Of a DNA stretch of 64,000 bases, positions 63,998-64,000 are shown in pieces (position 1 is the stretch's first letter; each line of letters opens with the position of its first letter). A program made the position numbers and the translations under genes. The notes under the pieces were generated by a model. That model was not told where the DNA came from and searched no databases. It was given only the letters and a program-made list of their open reading frames with translations. Source of the DNA: Lingula anatina (Eukaryota; Animalia; Brachiopoda); assembly GCA_051362555.1 (NCBI GenBank), contig CM120646.1, positions 3,782,001 to 3,846,000 of the forward strand, in the 5' to 3' direction.

Positions 63998-64000
63998 GTA

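Overview
Intron-rich, AT-rich animal genomic DNA, probably an invertebrate; the species cannot be determined from the sequence. About 1-50.3 kb is a head-to-tail, minus-strand tandem array of six TTLL4-like ATP-grasp ligase genes in two subfamilies. Type A has two genes: A1 runs off the left edge, and A2 has 15 coding exons (590 aa). Type B has four genes, B1-B4, each with 14 coding exons (586 aa) in ~8.8-10 kb repeat units. All exons were assembled by hand from splice sites, and the five complete copies have uninterrupted frames. Main observation: all six genes begin with a 76-nt exon encoding a signal-peptide-like N-terminus (e.g. [22 protein letters not shown]) followed by a Cys-containing linker. 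The ATP/Mg-binding motifs are intact, but the residues that specify glutamate and initiation versus elongation are replaced and vary between copies. This suggests an expanded family of secretory-pathway amino-acid ligases derived from a cytosolic tubulin glutamylase (inference, untested). To the right lie IQCB1/NPHP5 (minus, 14 coding exons) and, head-to-head with it, the 5' part of an aralar/citrin (SLC25A12/13) gene with a duplicated, apparently mutually exclusive EF-hand exon. Also present: a decayed Tc1 element with paralogous empty sites, a CACTA-type non-autonomous element, several MITEs, a 62-bp minisatellite and an inverted remnant of a type B gene. Most ORFs in the supplied track are antisense or read-through artefacts of these exons and repeats.
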